A DNA stretch of 62,444 nucleotides, the filler included. It is 6 parts of 6 records of this genome, joined end to end, with 100 filler letters (N's around TTAATTAATTAA, not from the genome) between each part and the next. Parts side by side here need not be neighbours in the genome. Positions count along the whole stretch, not along the records: positions 1 to 20,461 come from SRR20825006_2917; 5 more parts are not named here. The stretch is one strand, 5' to 3'. Both the position numbers and the translations under genes were made by a program. The first letter of the stretch is position 1. Each line of letters begins with the position of its first letter. Under the pieces are notes generated by a model that made no database searches, was not told where the DNA came from, and saw only the letters and a program-made list of their open reading frames with translations. This document shows positions 9,093-19,643 of this stretch, in pieces.

Positions 9093-9563
9093 ATGGGTAA
9101 ATTATCACATATAAATGAAGCTGGAGAGGCAACTATGGTGGATGTTTCTACTAAAGAAGTAACAGCAAGAGTAGCAACTGCTTCTGGAGAAGTTATTTTT
9201 CCTGCTGAGGTTTTTTCAGAATTAGAGAAAAATCAGTTTTCAAATAAAAAAGGAAGCATAATTCAGACAGCAGTAATTGCAGGAATTCAAGCGGTAAAAA
9301 AAACGGCCGATTTAATTCCGCTTTGCCATCAGTTAGCTTTGTCTAAAATTCAGATTGATATTAAACCTAAAAAAACTTCGTTTATTATTAATTGTACTGT
9401 AAAATGTACGGAGCGTACAGGGGTAGAAATGGAGGCGTTAACAGGTGTTTCGGTGAGTGCACTTACAATTTATGATATGTGTAAGGCGCTTTCTCACGAT
9501 ATAAAAATTGCCAATATTCAGCTTGAGAAAAAATCGGGAGGAAAAAGTGACTTCAACAGGTAA
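9093..9563 (+). CDS. moaC: Cyclic pyranopterin monophosphate synthase
   Basis: Motifs MVDVSTK, LIPLCH, TGVEMEALT, YDMCKA and KSGGKS. Confidence 0.95.
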   Translation: MGKLSHINEAGEATMVDVSTKEVTARVATASGEVIFPAEVFSELEKNQFSNKKGSIIQTAVIAGIQAVKKTADLIPLCHQLALSKIQIDIKPKKTSFIINCTVKCTERTGVEMEALTGVSVSALTIYDMCKALSHDIKIANIQLEKKSGGKSDFNR

Positions 9564-10143
9564 ATTATATGGATTGGTATTGGCGGGGGGATTGAGTACC
9601 CGAATGAAAACAGATAAAGGCTTGATTGCATACCACGGAGTTCCTCAACGTACATACCTTTATAAATTGCTAAAAGAGGTTTGTGATGAAGCCTATATTA
9701 GCATCCGTAAAGAGCAAGAAAACGAATTTACTTCCGAAGAAAAATTAATAATAGATGAAGATGTGTATAAAGGTCCTTTTAACGGGATTTTAAGTGCGCA
9801 TCATTTTGATAAAAATAGTGCTTGGCTTATCATTGCCTGCGATTTGCCTTTAATAAATAAGCGTGCCATAAAGCAATTAATTGTAGAAAGAGACGTAAAT
9901 AGTATTGCAACGGTTTTTACTGCTTCCACTAAAGAAATGCCCGAGCCTCTGTGTGCTATTTGGGAGGCCGGGGGTTTAAAGCAAGCTGAGGTTTTTATTG
10001 CAGCGCAAAAATCGTTCGCTCCAATAAAGTTTTTGAGGAATAGTAATGTCAAAATTGTGAAACCACTTCAAGATGACGTACTTTTAAATGTAAATGAAGA
10101 AAAACAACGTATAGAAGTTGTGAAAAAACTGAAAAATAAGTAA
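9547..10143 (+). CDS. mobA: Molybdenum cofactor guanylyltransferase (MobA-like)
   Basis: LAGGLSTRM, DK, GPFNGI, ACDLP and EPLCA; probable GTG start overlapping moaC. Confidence 0.82.
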   Translation: MTSTGKLYGLVLAGGLSTRMKTDKGLIAYHGVPQRTYLYKLLKEVCDEAYISIRKEQENEFTSEEKLIIDEDVYKGPFNGILSAHHFDKNSAWLIIACDLPLINKRAIKQLIVERDVNSIATVFTASTKEMPEPLCAIWEAGGLKQAEVFIAAQKSFAPIKFLRNSNVKIVKPLQDDVLLNVNEEKQRIEVVKKLKNK

Positions 10144-10147
10144 GAAA

Positions 10148-11221
10148 TTGAATGCTAATAGATACATAAGACAAACTGTATTGAAGAGTTTTGGTGTTAA
10201 AGCTCAAGAGAAACTAAAACAAGCCAAAGTTTTAGTGGTTGGTGCTGGTGGATTAGGAGTTCCTGTACTGCAATACCTTAACGCTATGGGAGTTGGAGTT
10301 TTAGGAATTGTGGAAAGCGATACCATAGACCTTTCCAATTTACAACGACAAGTTATATACGGAGAAGGAGATGTTGGACTCTCAAAGTTAGCTGTTATAA
10401 AGCAAAAACTAGAGGCTCAGAATTCTGAAACTAAAATCAATGCATACGATACTTTTTTACATAAGGACAATGCATTAGAAATTATAAAAAATTACGATCT
10501 TGTTGTAGATGCAACCGATAATTTTCCAACGCGGTATTTAATTAACGATGCTTGTGTGTTGTTAAATAAGCCTTTTGTTTATGGGGCTTTACACGAGTTT
10601 GAAGGCCAGGTAAGTGTTTTTAATTACAAAAGTGGGCCTACATATCGTTGTTTATTTCCAACCATGCCAAGCAAAGGAGAAATGCCAGATTGCAATGAAA
10701 ATGGAGTTTTGGGAATAGTACCCGGAATTATAGGAAATTTACAAGCTTTAGAAGCAGTAAAAGTGATTACTGGAATAGGAAAACCATTGTCGGGAACCTT
10801 ACTTATTTTTGATGGATTAAGTCAACAATATCAAAAAATAACTTTTGACGCTCAACAAGAAAATTTAAAACGAACAGCGCTAGAAGCAACTTATGAAAAT
10901 GTTTCTTGTGATGTTGATGCTGTAATTTCTGCGGAAGATTTTTCGACTTTATTAAATCAGAAAAAACCTCTTCAAATTATAGACGTAAGAACCCCTTTAG
11001 AGTTTGAAGATTTTCATTTTGATACTTCGAAGAACATCCCTTTGCAGGAACTTTCCGAGAGAATTTCAGAAATTGATAGCTCTAAACCTGTGTATTTAGT
11101 TTGTCAATCTGGCGTTAGAAGTGGAAAAGCCTTAGTGCAATTAAAAGATAAAATAAACACCACTTTCCTTGAATTAGAGGGTGGTTTAAATAATTATTTA
11201 AAACATGCAGTTAACACCTGA
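10148..11221 (+). CDS. moeB: MoeB/ThiF adenylyltransferase with C-terminal rhodanese domain
   Basis: GAGGLG, SNLQRQ and DATDNF; rhodanese motifs IDVR and CQSGVRS. Confidence 0.9.
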   Translation: MNANRYIRQTVLKSFGVKAQEKLKQAKVLVVGAGGLGVPVLQYLNAMGVGVLGIVESDTIDLSNLQRQVIYGEGDVGLSKLAVIKQKLEAQNSETKINAYDTFLHKDNALEIIKNYDLVVDATDNFPTRYLINDACVLLNKPFVYGALHEFEGQVSVFNYKSGPTYRCLFPTMPSKGEMPDCNENGVLGIVPGIIGNLQALEAVKVITGIGKPLSGTLLIFDGLSQQYQKITFDAQQENLKRTALEATYENVSCDVDAVISAEDFSTLLNQKKPLQIIDVRTPLEFEDFHFDTSKNIPLQELSERISEIDSSKPVYLVCQSGVRSGKALVQLKDKINTTFLELEGGLNNYLKHAVNT

Positions 11222-11993
11222 ATCTCTTAGTATTTTAGCCTTATGTTTTTTTATAATTGCAGTGCTATATTCTTCGGTAGGATTTGGTGGGGGAAGTAGT
11301 TATTTAGCATTATTGACCCTGTTTTTTGCAAGCTTTTTTGTAATCCGTTCCGTAGCGCTTGTGTGTAATTTAATTGTGGTTTCTGGGAGTACTTATCTGT
11401 ATTACAAAAATGGACATTTTGATGTCAAAAAGTTTATTCCGTTTGTGGCTACTAGTATTCCTCTAGCATTTATAGGGGCATCTTTTCGGCTTAAAGAATA
11501 TGTGTTTTTTATCATTTTAGGAGTGGCTTTAATGACTTCTGCAATTTTATTAGTTACACAAAGTATAAAGGAACGACAACGAAAAACAAGGCTTACAGCA
11601 AAGAAGTATCCAATTTGGGTAACTTATATCTTGGGAGCTGGAATCGGATTTTTATCAGGACTTGTAGGTATTGGAGGGGGAATATTTTTAGCCCCAATTT
11701 TAAACCACATGCGATGGGAATCGTCTATCAAAATAGCAGCTTTAGCTAGTTTTTTCATTTTGGTAAATTCTATCTCTGGAGTTGCAGGCTTAGTTTCTAA
11801 CGGAATGTTTGTTTTTCCGTGGAAGGAAGGGCTGGTACTTTTGGCAGTGGTTTTTATAGGAGGACAAATAGGAATCCGAATTAGTTTAAATAAATTAAGT
11901 GGTCGTGGAATAAAATTACTCACAGCTATTTTAGTGTTTATTGTAGGAGTCCGTGTTTTATTAAATAACGGACTTGGATTAATTGATTTTTAA
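11205..11993 (+). CDS. TauE/SafE (TSUP) family membrane transporter
   Basis: Duplicated GFGGG / GIGGGIF motifs; multi-TM. Confidence 0.85.
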   Translation: MQLTPESLSILALCFFIIAVLYSSVGFGGGSSYLALLTLFFASFFVIRSVALVCNLIVVSGSTYLYYKNGHFDVKKFIPFVATSIPLAFIGASFRLKEYVFFIILGVALMTSAILLVTQSIKERQRKTRLTAKKYPIWVTYILGAGIGFLSGLVGIGGGIFLAPILNHMRWESSIKIAALASFFILVNSISGVAGLVSNGMFVFPWKEGLVLLAVVFIGGQIGIRISLNKLSGRGIKLLTAILVFIVGVRVLLNNGLGLIDF

Positions 11994-12004
11994 ATAAAAA
12001 AGGT

Positions 12005-13195
12005 ATGATTTCTTTTGAAGAAGCACATAAAAAAGTGATGGAAAAACTACTTTCTTTTGAAGAAGAGAATGTTTTTTTTACCAATAGTTTAGGAAGAATT
12101 TTAGCTGAAGATATTTTAGCCGATCGAGATTTTCCTCCGTTTCATCGTGCTACAAAAGACGGAATTGCAATTAATTATGGAGCGGGAGAGAACACTAAAA
12201 AGCAATTTAAAATTCAGGGAATTATTGCAGCTGGTACTCCAAAAGTAAAATTAAATAATACTAATGACTGTTTGGAAATAATGACGGGAGCGGTGCTTCC
12301 AGAAAATGCAGATACCGTTGTAATGTATGAAGATATTACTATTGAAAATGGAAGCGCAATTGTTAATTCAGAAATAAAAAAAGGACAAAATATCCACAGG
12401 CAAGGAACCGACGTTGAGCAAGGCGCTGTTGTAATTATGAAGAATACAAAAATTACAGCTGCTGAGATTGGGATTTTAGCTTCCGTAGGAAAAGTAGAGG
12501 TAAGGGTTAAAAAGTTACCAAAAATTGCTTTAATATCAACAGGAAATGAGTTAGTGGCAGTACATGAAACTCCCAAACCACATCAAATTAGAAACTCAAA
12601 CATGCTTTCGCTGCATGCTTTGTTAGAGGAAGAAAATATACTAGCAACGCATGTACATTTAAATGATGATAAGGAGGAAATAAAAAATGGTTTAAATGAA
12701 TTATTGCGCACCAATAATGTTTTAATGTTGAGTGGTGGAGTGTCTAAAGGGAAATTTGATTTTATCCCCGAAGCTTTTGAAGAGTTGGGGGTAGAAAAAA
12801 TATTTCATCGGGTTGCCCAAAGGCCAGGAAAACCTTTTTGGTTTGGAATCCATAAAGAAACAAACACCGTTGTTTTTTCATTTCCTGGAAACCCTGTTTC
12901 TACCTTTGCTAATTATTATGTGTATTTTAAAGATTGGCTTTATGAGTCGCTTGGAATAGAGAACGAAAAAGAAAATATTGTTCTAGGAGAAGATTTTTTT
13001 AACCCTACAAAATTAACCCTTTTTGTTAGAGTAAAAATTGAAAGTAAAAATGGAATTACGTATGCTTTTCCAATAAAAGAGAATGGTTCTGGAGATTTAA
13101 TGAGCTTAGCACATACAGATGGATTTATAGCACTTTCTCCAAATAAAGAATTGTATAAAAAAGAAGAAGTGGCTCCATTTATAGCAACCAGATAA
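12005..13195 (+). CDS. moeA: Molybdopterin molybdotransferase
   Basis: GRILAED, IMTGA, STGNEL, SGGVSKG, PGKP and PGNP. Confidence 0.93.
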   Translation: MISFEEAHKKVMEKLLSFEEENVFFTNSLGRILAEDILADRDFPPFHRATKDGIAINYGAGENTKKQFKIQGIIAAGTPKVKLNNTNDCLEIMTGAVLPENADTVVMYEDITIENGSAIVNSEIKKGQNIHRQGTDVEQGAVVIMKNTKITAAEIGILASVGKVEVRVKKLPKIALISTGNELVAVHETPKPHQIRNSNMLSLHALLEEENILATHVHLNDDKEEIKNGLNELLRTNNVLMLSGGVSKGKFDFIPEAFEELGVEKIFHRVAQRPGKPFWFGIHKETNTVVFSFPGNPVSTFANYYVYFKDWLYESLGIENEKENIVLGEDFFNPTKLTLFVRVKIESKNGITYAFPIKENGSGDLMSLAHTDGFIALSPNKELYKKEEVAPFIATR

Positions 13196-13201
13196 TGTGT
13201 T

Positions 13202-14239
13202 ATGACGCATGAATTTAAGCAAATAATAGAAAGTTATTTAAAGGCGAAATCGAAAAACTTAAAGTCGGTTTTAGCAACTGTAGTAGCTATGGAAGGCTCG
13301 TCGTATAGGAGGCCTGGCGTTAGAATGCTTATTCGAGAAGATGGTAAAATGACAGGCGCAGTTAGTGGCGGATGTGTTGAAAAAGAAATTCTTCGTCAGA
13401 GTCAGTCGGTTTTTACTACCCGAATTCCTAAAATAATGACATATGATGGGCGTTACCGATTAGGTTGCGAAGGGATTTTATATATATTAATAGAACCTTT
13501 ATCATTACAAAAACATTTCTTACAAGCTTTTGAAAAAGTATTGGATAATAGACAAGCATTTTACATTACTTCATATTTTAAAAGGACAGATGAGGAGAAT
13601 GTAAATTTTGGTTCTTGTGTTGTTTTTGATGATGAAAATCAGTTTTATTTAAATGAGGATAATAAAGACAATAAGGTTAAGGAAGGTTTAGAAGTTTTTA
13701 ATCAAAAATTAAAACCGTCCTTAAAATTAGTACTTATTGGCGCCGAGCATGATGCGGTTCAATTAGGTGTTCTAGCGTCATTAAATGGTTGGGAAGTAAC
13801 TATAGTTGCCCCTGAGAGCGACCCAAAAACTTTATTAAATTTCCCTGGAGCAAAGCATATAGAAAATGTGAGTCCGCAAACATTCAACCAAAATATAATA
13901 GATAAGGAAACTGCGGTTGTTTTAATGACGCATAGTTATTCCAAAGATTTACAATACCTTTTAAGGTTAACAGATTTAAATTTAAAATATCTCGGAATTT
14001 TAGGACCAGCTAGACGTAGAGAAAAGCTTTTTCAAGAAATATTAGAGCATAATCCAGCTATAGATTCATTATTTTTTGAAAAGATCCATGCCCCAGCAGG
14101 AATTAATATTGGAGCAGAAACCCCTCAGGAAATAGCAGTTTCTATTATTGCAGAAATATTGGCTGTAGTAAGAAAAGAGGAAGTTTATTTGTTGAAAGAC
14201 AAAAAAGGAAGAATACATTCTGAAGAAAAAGAAATATAG
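13202..14239 (+). CDS. xdhC: XdhC/CoxI family molybdoenzyme maturation factor
   Basis: GSSYRRPG, SGGCVE, MTHSY, YLGILGP and GAETPQEIAVSI. Confidence 0.9.
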   Translation: MTHEFKQIIESYLKAKSKNLKSVLATVVAMEGSSYRRPGVRMLIREDGKMTGAVSGGCVEKEILRQSQSVFTTRIPKIMTYDGRYRLGCEGILYILIEPLSLQKHFLQAFEKVLDNRQAFYITSYFKRTDEENVNFGSCVVFDDENQFYLNEDNKDNKVKEGLEVFNQKLKPSLKLVLIGAEHDAVQLGVLASLNGWEVTIVAPESDPKTLLNFPGAKHIENVSPQTFNQNIIDKETAVVLMTHSYSKDLQYLLRLTDLNLKYLGILGPARRREKLFQEILEHNPAIDSLFFEKIHAPAGINIGAETPQEIAVSIIAEILAVVRKEEVYLLKDKKGRIHSEEKEI

Positions 14240-14255
14240 GTTTTAAAGCTTTTCA

Positions 14256-14852
14256 ATGAAAAAAGTAGCTATTTTAATTCTAAGTGCAGGGGCTTCCAAA
14301 AGAATGGGAACTCCTAAGCAACTCTTGAAATGGGGCAAAGAAACATTATTAGAAAATGCAGTTTCTACAGCTGTAAATGTGGAAAATGCATCATCATTTG
14401 TGGTTTTGGGAGCTAATGCCGAGTTAATTCAGCAAAAAATAACTTTGAATGCGGAAGCTTTATACCATAAAGATTGGGAGCAAGGCCTTGGAAGTTCTAT
14501 TGCTTTTGGGGTTGGAACGCTTCAAAAATTAGATTTTGATGGGGTATTAATTATGTTGGCAGATCAGCCTTTTGTAACTTCTTATTATTTAAAAGAATTA
14601 ATAAATAGTTTTAATTCAGGAGAAAAAAATATTATAGCTTCTCGCTTTGCTGGAAGTGTAGGGGTGCCTGCAATTTTTTCTGCTGAATATTTTGAGGATT
14701 TAAAGAAGTTGGATACAGATACTGGTGCAAAACATATTATAAAATCTCACTTTCAAGATGTAGAAACCTTTCAAGCTGATGATTTGGTAATAGATATTGA
14801 TACTGTTGAAACATATAAGCGGGCATACAAAATTAAATTCAATACTGATTAA
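14256..14852 (+). CDS. MocA-like molybdenum cofactor cytidylyltransferase
   Basis: AGASKRMG.PKQLL, LADQP and DIDT; adjacent to xdhC. Confidence 0.8.
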   Translation: MKKVAILILSAGASKRMGTPKQLLKWGKETLLENAVSTAVNVENASSFVVLGANAELIQQKITLNAEALYHKDWEQGLGSSIAFGVGTLQKLDFDGVLIMLADQPFVTSYYLKELINSFNSGEKNIIASRFAGSVGVPAIFSAEYFEDLKKLDTDTGAKHIIKSHFQDVETFQADDLVIDIDTVETYKRAYKIKFNTD

Positions 14853-14932
14853 TAGGATTTCTAGATTCAAAATAAATCCGTAAATTTAAGTTACACATTT
14901 AGCGTAATTTCAAAATTAATCTTCTCGGAAGT

Positions 14933-15835
14933 ATGGAATTTATTGATTATTACAAAATTTTAGAAATTGATAAAAGTGCTACTACAGCCGAAATAAAAAA
15001 GGCATATAGAAAACAAGCAAGGAAATACCATCCAGATTTAAATCCTAATAATAAAGAAGCTGAGTTAAAATTTAAAAGACTCAATGAAGCTAATGAGGTT
15101 TTAAGCGACCCAGAAAAGCGTAAAAAATACGACGAGTACGGAAAAGATTGGCAGCATGCTGAAGAATTTGAAAAAGCGAAGACTCAACAGCAAAGGAGTC
15201 AACAATATGCCTCTGGAGATTCATATTCTTATAGTGGAGGCGCTACTGATGAAGACTTTTCAGATTTTTTTGAATCGATGTTTGGAGGAGGAGGTTTTAG
15301 AAATCAGCGAAGGCAAACAGCCTTTCGTGGTCAAGATTTTAATGCTGAACTACAATTGCAACTACGAGATGTGTATACCTCTCAAAAACAAACTTTAACC
15401 GTTAACAATAAGAAAATCCGAATAACAATACCTGCGGGGATTGAAAACGGACAGACAATAAAAATAAAAGGGCATGGAGCTACTGGAAGTAATGGCGGTC
15501 CAAATGGCGACCTTTATATTACATTTTCAATTATAAATAATACTCCTTTTAAGAGAGAGAAAGCAAATCTTTATAAAACAGTTCTAATAAACTTAACAAC
15601 TGCCGTTTTAGGAGGAGAAATTACAGCAGAAACCTTTGATGGAAAAGTTAAATTAAAAGTAGCACCCGGAGTTCAAAACGGACAACAAGTTAAATTGAAA
15701 GGAAAGGGTTTCCCTGAGTATAAAAAGGAGGGGAGTTTTGGAGATTTATATATTACCTATCAGATAGATTTACCTTCAAATCTTACCGAAAAACAAAGGG
15801 AACTTTTTGAGGAATTGAAAAAGACAGATCTTTAA
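14933..15835 (+). CDS. cbpA: DnaJ-class chaperone, CbpA type
   Basis: J domain with HPD and a DnaJ C-terminal domain, no zinc finger; followed by cbpM. Confidence 0.88.
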   Translation: MEFIDYYKILEIDKSATTAEIKKAYRKQARKYHPDLNPNNKEAELKFKRLNEANEVLSDPEKRKKYDEYGKDWQHAEEFEKAKTQQQRSQQYASGDSYSYSGGATDEDFSDFFESMFGGGGFRNQRRQTAFRGQDFNAELQLQLRDVYTSQKQTLTVNNKKIRITIPAGIENGQTIKIKGHGATGSNGGPNGDLYITFSIINNTPFKREKANLYKTVLINLTTAVLGGEITAETFDGKVKLKVAPGVQNGQQVKLKGKGFPEYKKEGSFGDLYITYQIDLPSNLTEKQRELFEELKKTDL

Positions 15836-15846
15836 TGTGGTAAGTT

Positions 15847-16137
15847 ATGGAGACAAAATATAGAATTAGTATTCACGATTTTTGTAAGAATTATCAAGTA
15901 GATGAAGTTTTTGTGTCGCATTTTATTGAGGCAAAAATCATTCAAATTAAAAAAGAAGGAGGTAGGAATTTGATTACAGAACATCATTTCCTTAAACTAG
16001 AAAAAATGGTGCGTCTGCATCAAGATTTAGGAATAAACTTAGAAGGCTTGGAAGCTATTTCCCACTTGTTAAATCGGGTAGAAAGCATGAATGAAGAGCT
16101 TCAATATTTAAGAAACAGATTACAATTGTATGAATAA
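15847..16137 (+). CDS. cbpM: Chaperone modulator CbpM
   Basis: RLHQDLGINLEG motif; directly downstream of cbpA. Confidence 0.85.
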   Translation: METKYRISIHDFCKNYQVDEVFVSHFIEAKIIQIKKEGGRNLITEHHFLKLEKMVRLHQDLGINLEGLEAISHLLNRVESMNEELQYLRNRLQLYE

Positions 16138-16248
16138 AATAAATCTATTTTTCATCTAAATCATTTTTATAGAAATATTATTGTATTTTTGATATAGATT
16201 ATCCCCCCTATAAATCCTTCAGTTAATTTTACTTAATCTAAATTCGTT

Positions 16249-17041
16249 ATGAAAACATTAAGAATAAGAGTGTGCTTATTTATGTGCTTTTTAATAAGCA
16301 TTTCAGTTTTTTCTCAAGAAGCAGAGGGGAATGCGGCGCAAGCAAACAATCCGCTTGCAAATATGACTGCGCTGAACTTTCACGATTATTACATGCCAAA
16401 ATTGTCAAATGCTCCAGACGATGCATATATGAATACTGCATGGGTACGCTTTGCTAAAACCGCTTTCTGGCGGGAAATTATTACTAAGAGTATCCACTCC
16501 TATAAGTACTATTGGATTACCCGAAGTAAATGGAAATGTAAAAACATTAAATGGTTTAGGAGATATGAATGCATTTATGTCCTATAATTTTGTTTCAAAC
16601 CCTACAACTACTATGGGTGCAGGGCCTTTAATAACAGCACCAACTTCAACTAATCAAGCCTTAGGTACAGGGAAATGGCAAGCAGGTTTTGCTTTTGTTG
16701 CTTTCTTTGCTAAATCTCCAATTTTCCAATATGGAGCTTTAGTTACTTGGCAAACCTCATTTGCTGGACAAAGTGATAGAGAAAGCACTAATAATGCAGC
16801 ATTCCAACCTTTTTACTTTTGGCAATTAGGTAAAGGATTGTATTTAAGAGGAGCTCCAATTTGGTATTTCGATATTAAAAATGATGCGTACAGTGTGCCA
16901 ATAGCGTTGGGGATAGGAAAAGTTATTAAACTTAATGATACAATGATTAATTGTTTTATAGAACCGCAATATTCTATGCTAACAGCAGGAACTCAGCCAA
17001 TTTTTCAAGTATTTACGGGGATTAATTTACAGTTTATGTAG
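16249..17041 (+). pseudogene. Frameshifted exported/outer-membrane protein (signal peptide, ANNPLA motif, C-terminal INLQF)
   Basis: ORFs 16249 and 16451 join as ...AWVRFAK/PLSGGKLL... if one A of AAAA at 16456-16459 is removed. This could be a sequencing error. Confidence 0.7.
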
Positions 17042-17089
17042 ATTTTTGGAGGTATTAGAAAGGTAAATAATCACTTAGCTTGAAACACT

Positions 17090-17707
17090 ATGAAAATATT
17101 TAATAAATCTACTAATGCTGTAATATTAGGAGGGATATTTTTTCTAATTCCCTTACTCATTTTTATTGTTCTAATTACACATGCTATCAAGCTTGCTACA
17201 CCTTTAGGTAGAAAATTGGTTGATATTTTTAATATTCATTCTGTTTTTGGAGCTGCTACAGTAACCATATTTACAGTAGCAATTTTAGTTTTTATTTGCT
17301 ATCTAAGTGGATATCTAGTGCAGAAAGGACTTGTGAATGATTGGGGGCAAAAAGTTGAGGATAAATTGTTTTTACTTTTTCCAAGTTTGCAAATGTTGAA
17401 GTATAGATTGCTTGGAGATAAGCCAGCAAAAAAAGATGATGATAATTGGAAATCCATTCTTTTAAAAGAAGATATCTTCTACCGAATAGCTTTTATTACT
17501 AGTTATAAAGATGGTTTTTTTAGTGTTTATGTTCCAGATGCTCCCAGAATGGATGCAGGAGAAATACGTTTTATAGCCAAGGTAGATATAGAGTTTATCC
17601 CAATTTCTATGAAAGATGCAATGAATTCTTTAAACAGCTTTGGGAGAGATGGTACTTTGGAAAAGTATATGATTGATGCCATACATAAAGAGAATAATAA
17701 GGCGTAA
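17090..17707 (+). CDS. DUF502-like membrane protein
   Basis: GGIFFLIPL TM pair and a C-terminal VYVPDAP...GE. Confidence 0.6.
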   Translation: MKIFNKSTNAVILGGIFFLIPLLIFIVLITHAIKLATPLGRKLVDIFNIHSVFGAATVTIFTVAILVFICYLSGYLVQKGLVNDWGQKVEDKLFLLFPSLQMLKYRLLGDKPAKKDDDNWKSILLKEDIFYRIAFITSYKDGFFSVYVPDAPRMDAGEIRFIAKVDIEFIPISMKDAMNSLNSFGRDGTLEKYMIDAIHKENNKA

Positions 17708-17873
17708 GAAATTAATGCTTTAGAAGAGTAAGGATAATATTTCAAGTTTGAAATAAAGGATAAATATTCATTTTAAATTTTTCTCAGTTTTGTTTAAACG
17801 GAGATATTATTATAGGAGAGGTTTTATACAATGGATTACTGGTTCTGTTATTTTTCCTGTAAAAATATAATAT

Positions 17874-18929
17874 ATGAGGTATATCAAAAAAGACTTTTTT
17901 TTTAAGATAGGGTTACTATTGATTGTTGCAATAGTAAATTGTAATGATGTTTTTGGGCAAGATTTAGCTATTCGGAAGATAGATCAAGCTTATAGAGACA
18001 GTTTGATGAGTCATGATTACCCTTATGTTTTACCTATTTATGGAGACAGAGTCCAGAAAACAGGTCATGATTTGCCACTTCCTTTTGGGATAATGGTAAA
18101 TTATATTGCTCAAGACACTAAATTAAATATTGATAATATAGCGTTGAGATTGGACGACTCCGAATTTGTAGATATGGATTTTTTGGAGTTTGAAACTTTT
18201 GAAAATACTGCAAATGTTGTAAACGTACGATTAGAAGCTTGGTTGTTTCCCTTCTTAAATGTATATGGCTTATATGCGCATTCAGAAAGCAATAACGCCA
18301 TAAAGTTAACAAACCCTTTCGAATTAGATATCCCAACTAATCCCACTGCAGATACTTATGGATTGGGAACTGTTTTGGCATATGGAGCAGGAAATTATTT
18401 TGCTATTTTGAATTTCAATGCAACTTGGTCGGATGTAAGTTCTTTAGACGATAAGGTATTCGGAACAGTTACTTCTTTTCGTGTAGGCCGTAGTTTCGGA
18501 TTTCATAAACGGTTTCATAATATTAATTTTAGTATAGGAGCTCAACATCAATATTTGGCAAGAGATTCATCTGGCGAGCTTCGCATAAGTGATATGTTTT
18601 CTAAGGTTGATAAAGGGAAAATCCAAGAAATAAAAAATGATATTTCAGATACAGCAAATAATTGGTATGATGGTTTGAAACCAGCTCAAAAGGTAGTTGT
18701 AAATCAAATTGTAAAAGAAATTGACGACTGGCTGGAAGGAAGAACACCCGGAGATAGAACATTGGGCTATCAGTTTGAGAAAGAGCCTTTAGGGCATGTG
18801 TCTTTACAATTAGGGGTTCAGTATAACCATGGAAAACGTTGGTGGTATCGTCTTGAAACTGGGGTTGGAAAAGGGAGAAACCAAATTATGCTATCGGCAA
18901 ATTATCGCTTCGGAATAAAGAAAAAGTAA
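17874..18929 (+). CDS. Hypothetical exported, probable outer-membrane beta-barrel protein
   Basis: Signal peptide, LPLPFG and WLFPFLNVYG motifs, C-terminal NYRF beta-signal-like segment. Confidence 0.6.
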   Translation: MRYIKKDFFFKIGLLLIVAIVNCNDVFGQDLAIRKIDQAYRDSLMSHDYPYVLPIYGDRVQKTGHDLPLPFGIMVNYIAQDTKLNIDNIALRLDDSEFVDMDFLEFETFENTANVVNVRLEAWLFPFLNVYGLYAHSESNNAIKLTNPFELDIPTNPTADTYGLGTVLAYGAGNYFAILNFNATWSDVSSLDDKVFGTVTSFRVGRSFGFHKRFHNINFSIGAQHQYLARDSSGELRISDMFSKVDKGKIQEIKNDISDTANNWYDGLKPAQKVVVNQIVKEIDDWLEGRTPGDRTLGYQFEKEPLGHVSLQLGVQYNHGKRWWYRLETGVGKGRNQIMLSANYRFGIKKK

Positions 18930-18968
18930 ATTGAATTATATAATAGGTAGTAATTAAAAAAAATAATA

Positions 18969-19616
18969 ATGAAAAAATTCTTTTATCTATTGGTTTTGTT
19001 TTTAGGAATTGGTAGCGCTCAAGCTCAAGATATTTATGTTAACTTTTATGGAAGTTATGCTTTTGATGATAGTTTCGATTCGTATTATGATTATCAGGCT
19101 TATTACGAAGGAAAAATAAAAGGAGGCTTTCAATGGGGTGGAGGACTGGAATATAAACCGAGTCCGTATATGGGGTTTGAATTTACTTATTTACGTCAGG
19201 ATACAAATTCACCAACTTGGTATCAAACTTACAATACGATAAGAGAGCAATATACCAATTTTGATTTAGGGATAAATTACTTAATGTTGGGTGCAAATCG
19301 TTATTTTTCGAGACCTAGTTCTCAATTCCAAGGATATGGAGGATTAATGGCGGGAATGGTAATAGCAAACTTAGACAATCCAGATAATGGAAGAAGCTCT
19401 GATGCAACAAAATTTAGTTGGGGAGCTAAATTAGGAGGGATTTTTTGGATGAACGACTATTTTGGAATTCGGATGCAAGCGCAATTGCTCTCAGCAGTTC
19501 AGGGAGCTGGTGGTGGATTTTATTTTGATGGATATGGACCCCAAGCAACCGTAGTAACATACTCTACATTTTATCAATTTAGTCTTGGAGGAGGGGTTGT
19601 TTTTAGCTTGAATTAA
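18969..19616 (+). CDS. Outer-membrane beta-barrel protein
   Basis: Signal peptide ending AQA; Gly/aromatic-rich beta strands; terminal GGVVF. Confidence 0.7.
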   Translation: MKKFFYLLVLFLGIGSAQAQDIYVNFYGSYAFDDSFDSYYDYQAYYEGKIKGGFQWGGGLEYKPSPYMGFEFTYLRQDTNSPTWYQTYNTIREQYTNFDLGINYLMLGANRYFSRPSSQFQGYGGLMAGMVIANLDNPDNGRSSDATKFSWGAKLGGIFWMNDYFGIRMQAQLLSAVQGAGGGFYFDGYGPQATVVTYSTFYQFSLGGGVVFSLN

Positions 19617-19643
19617 AAGTCTTAGAAAGAATTTATAGGGGGA

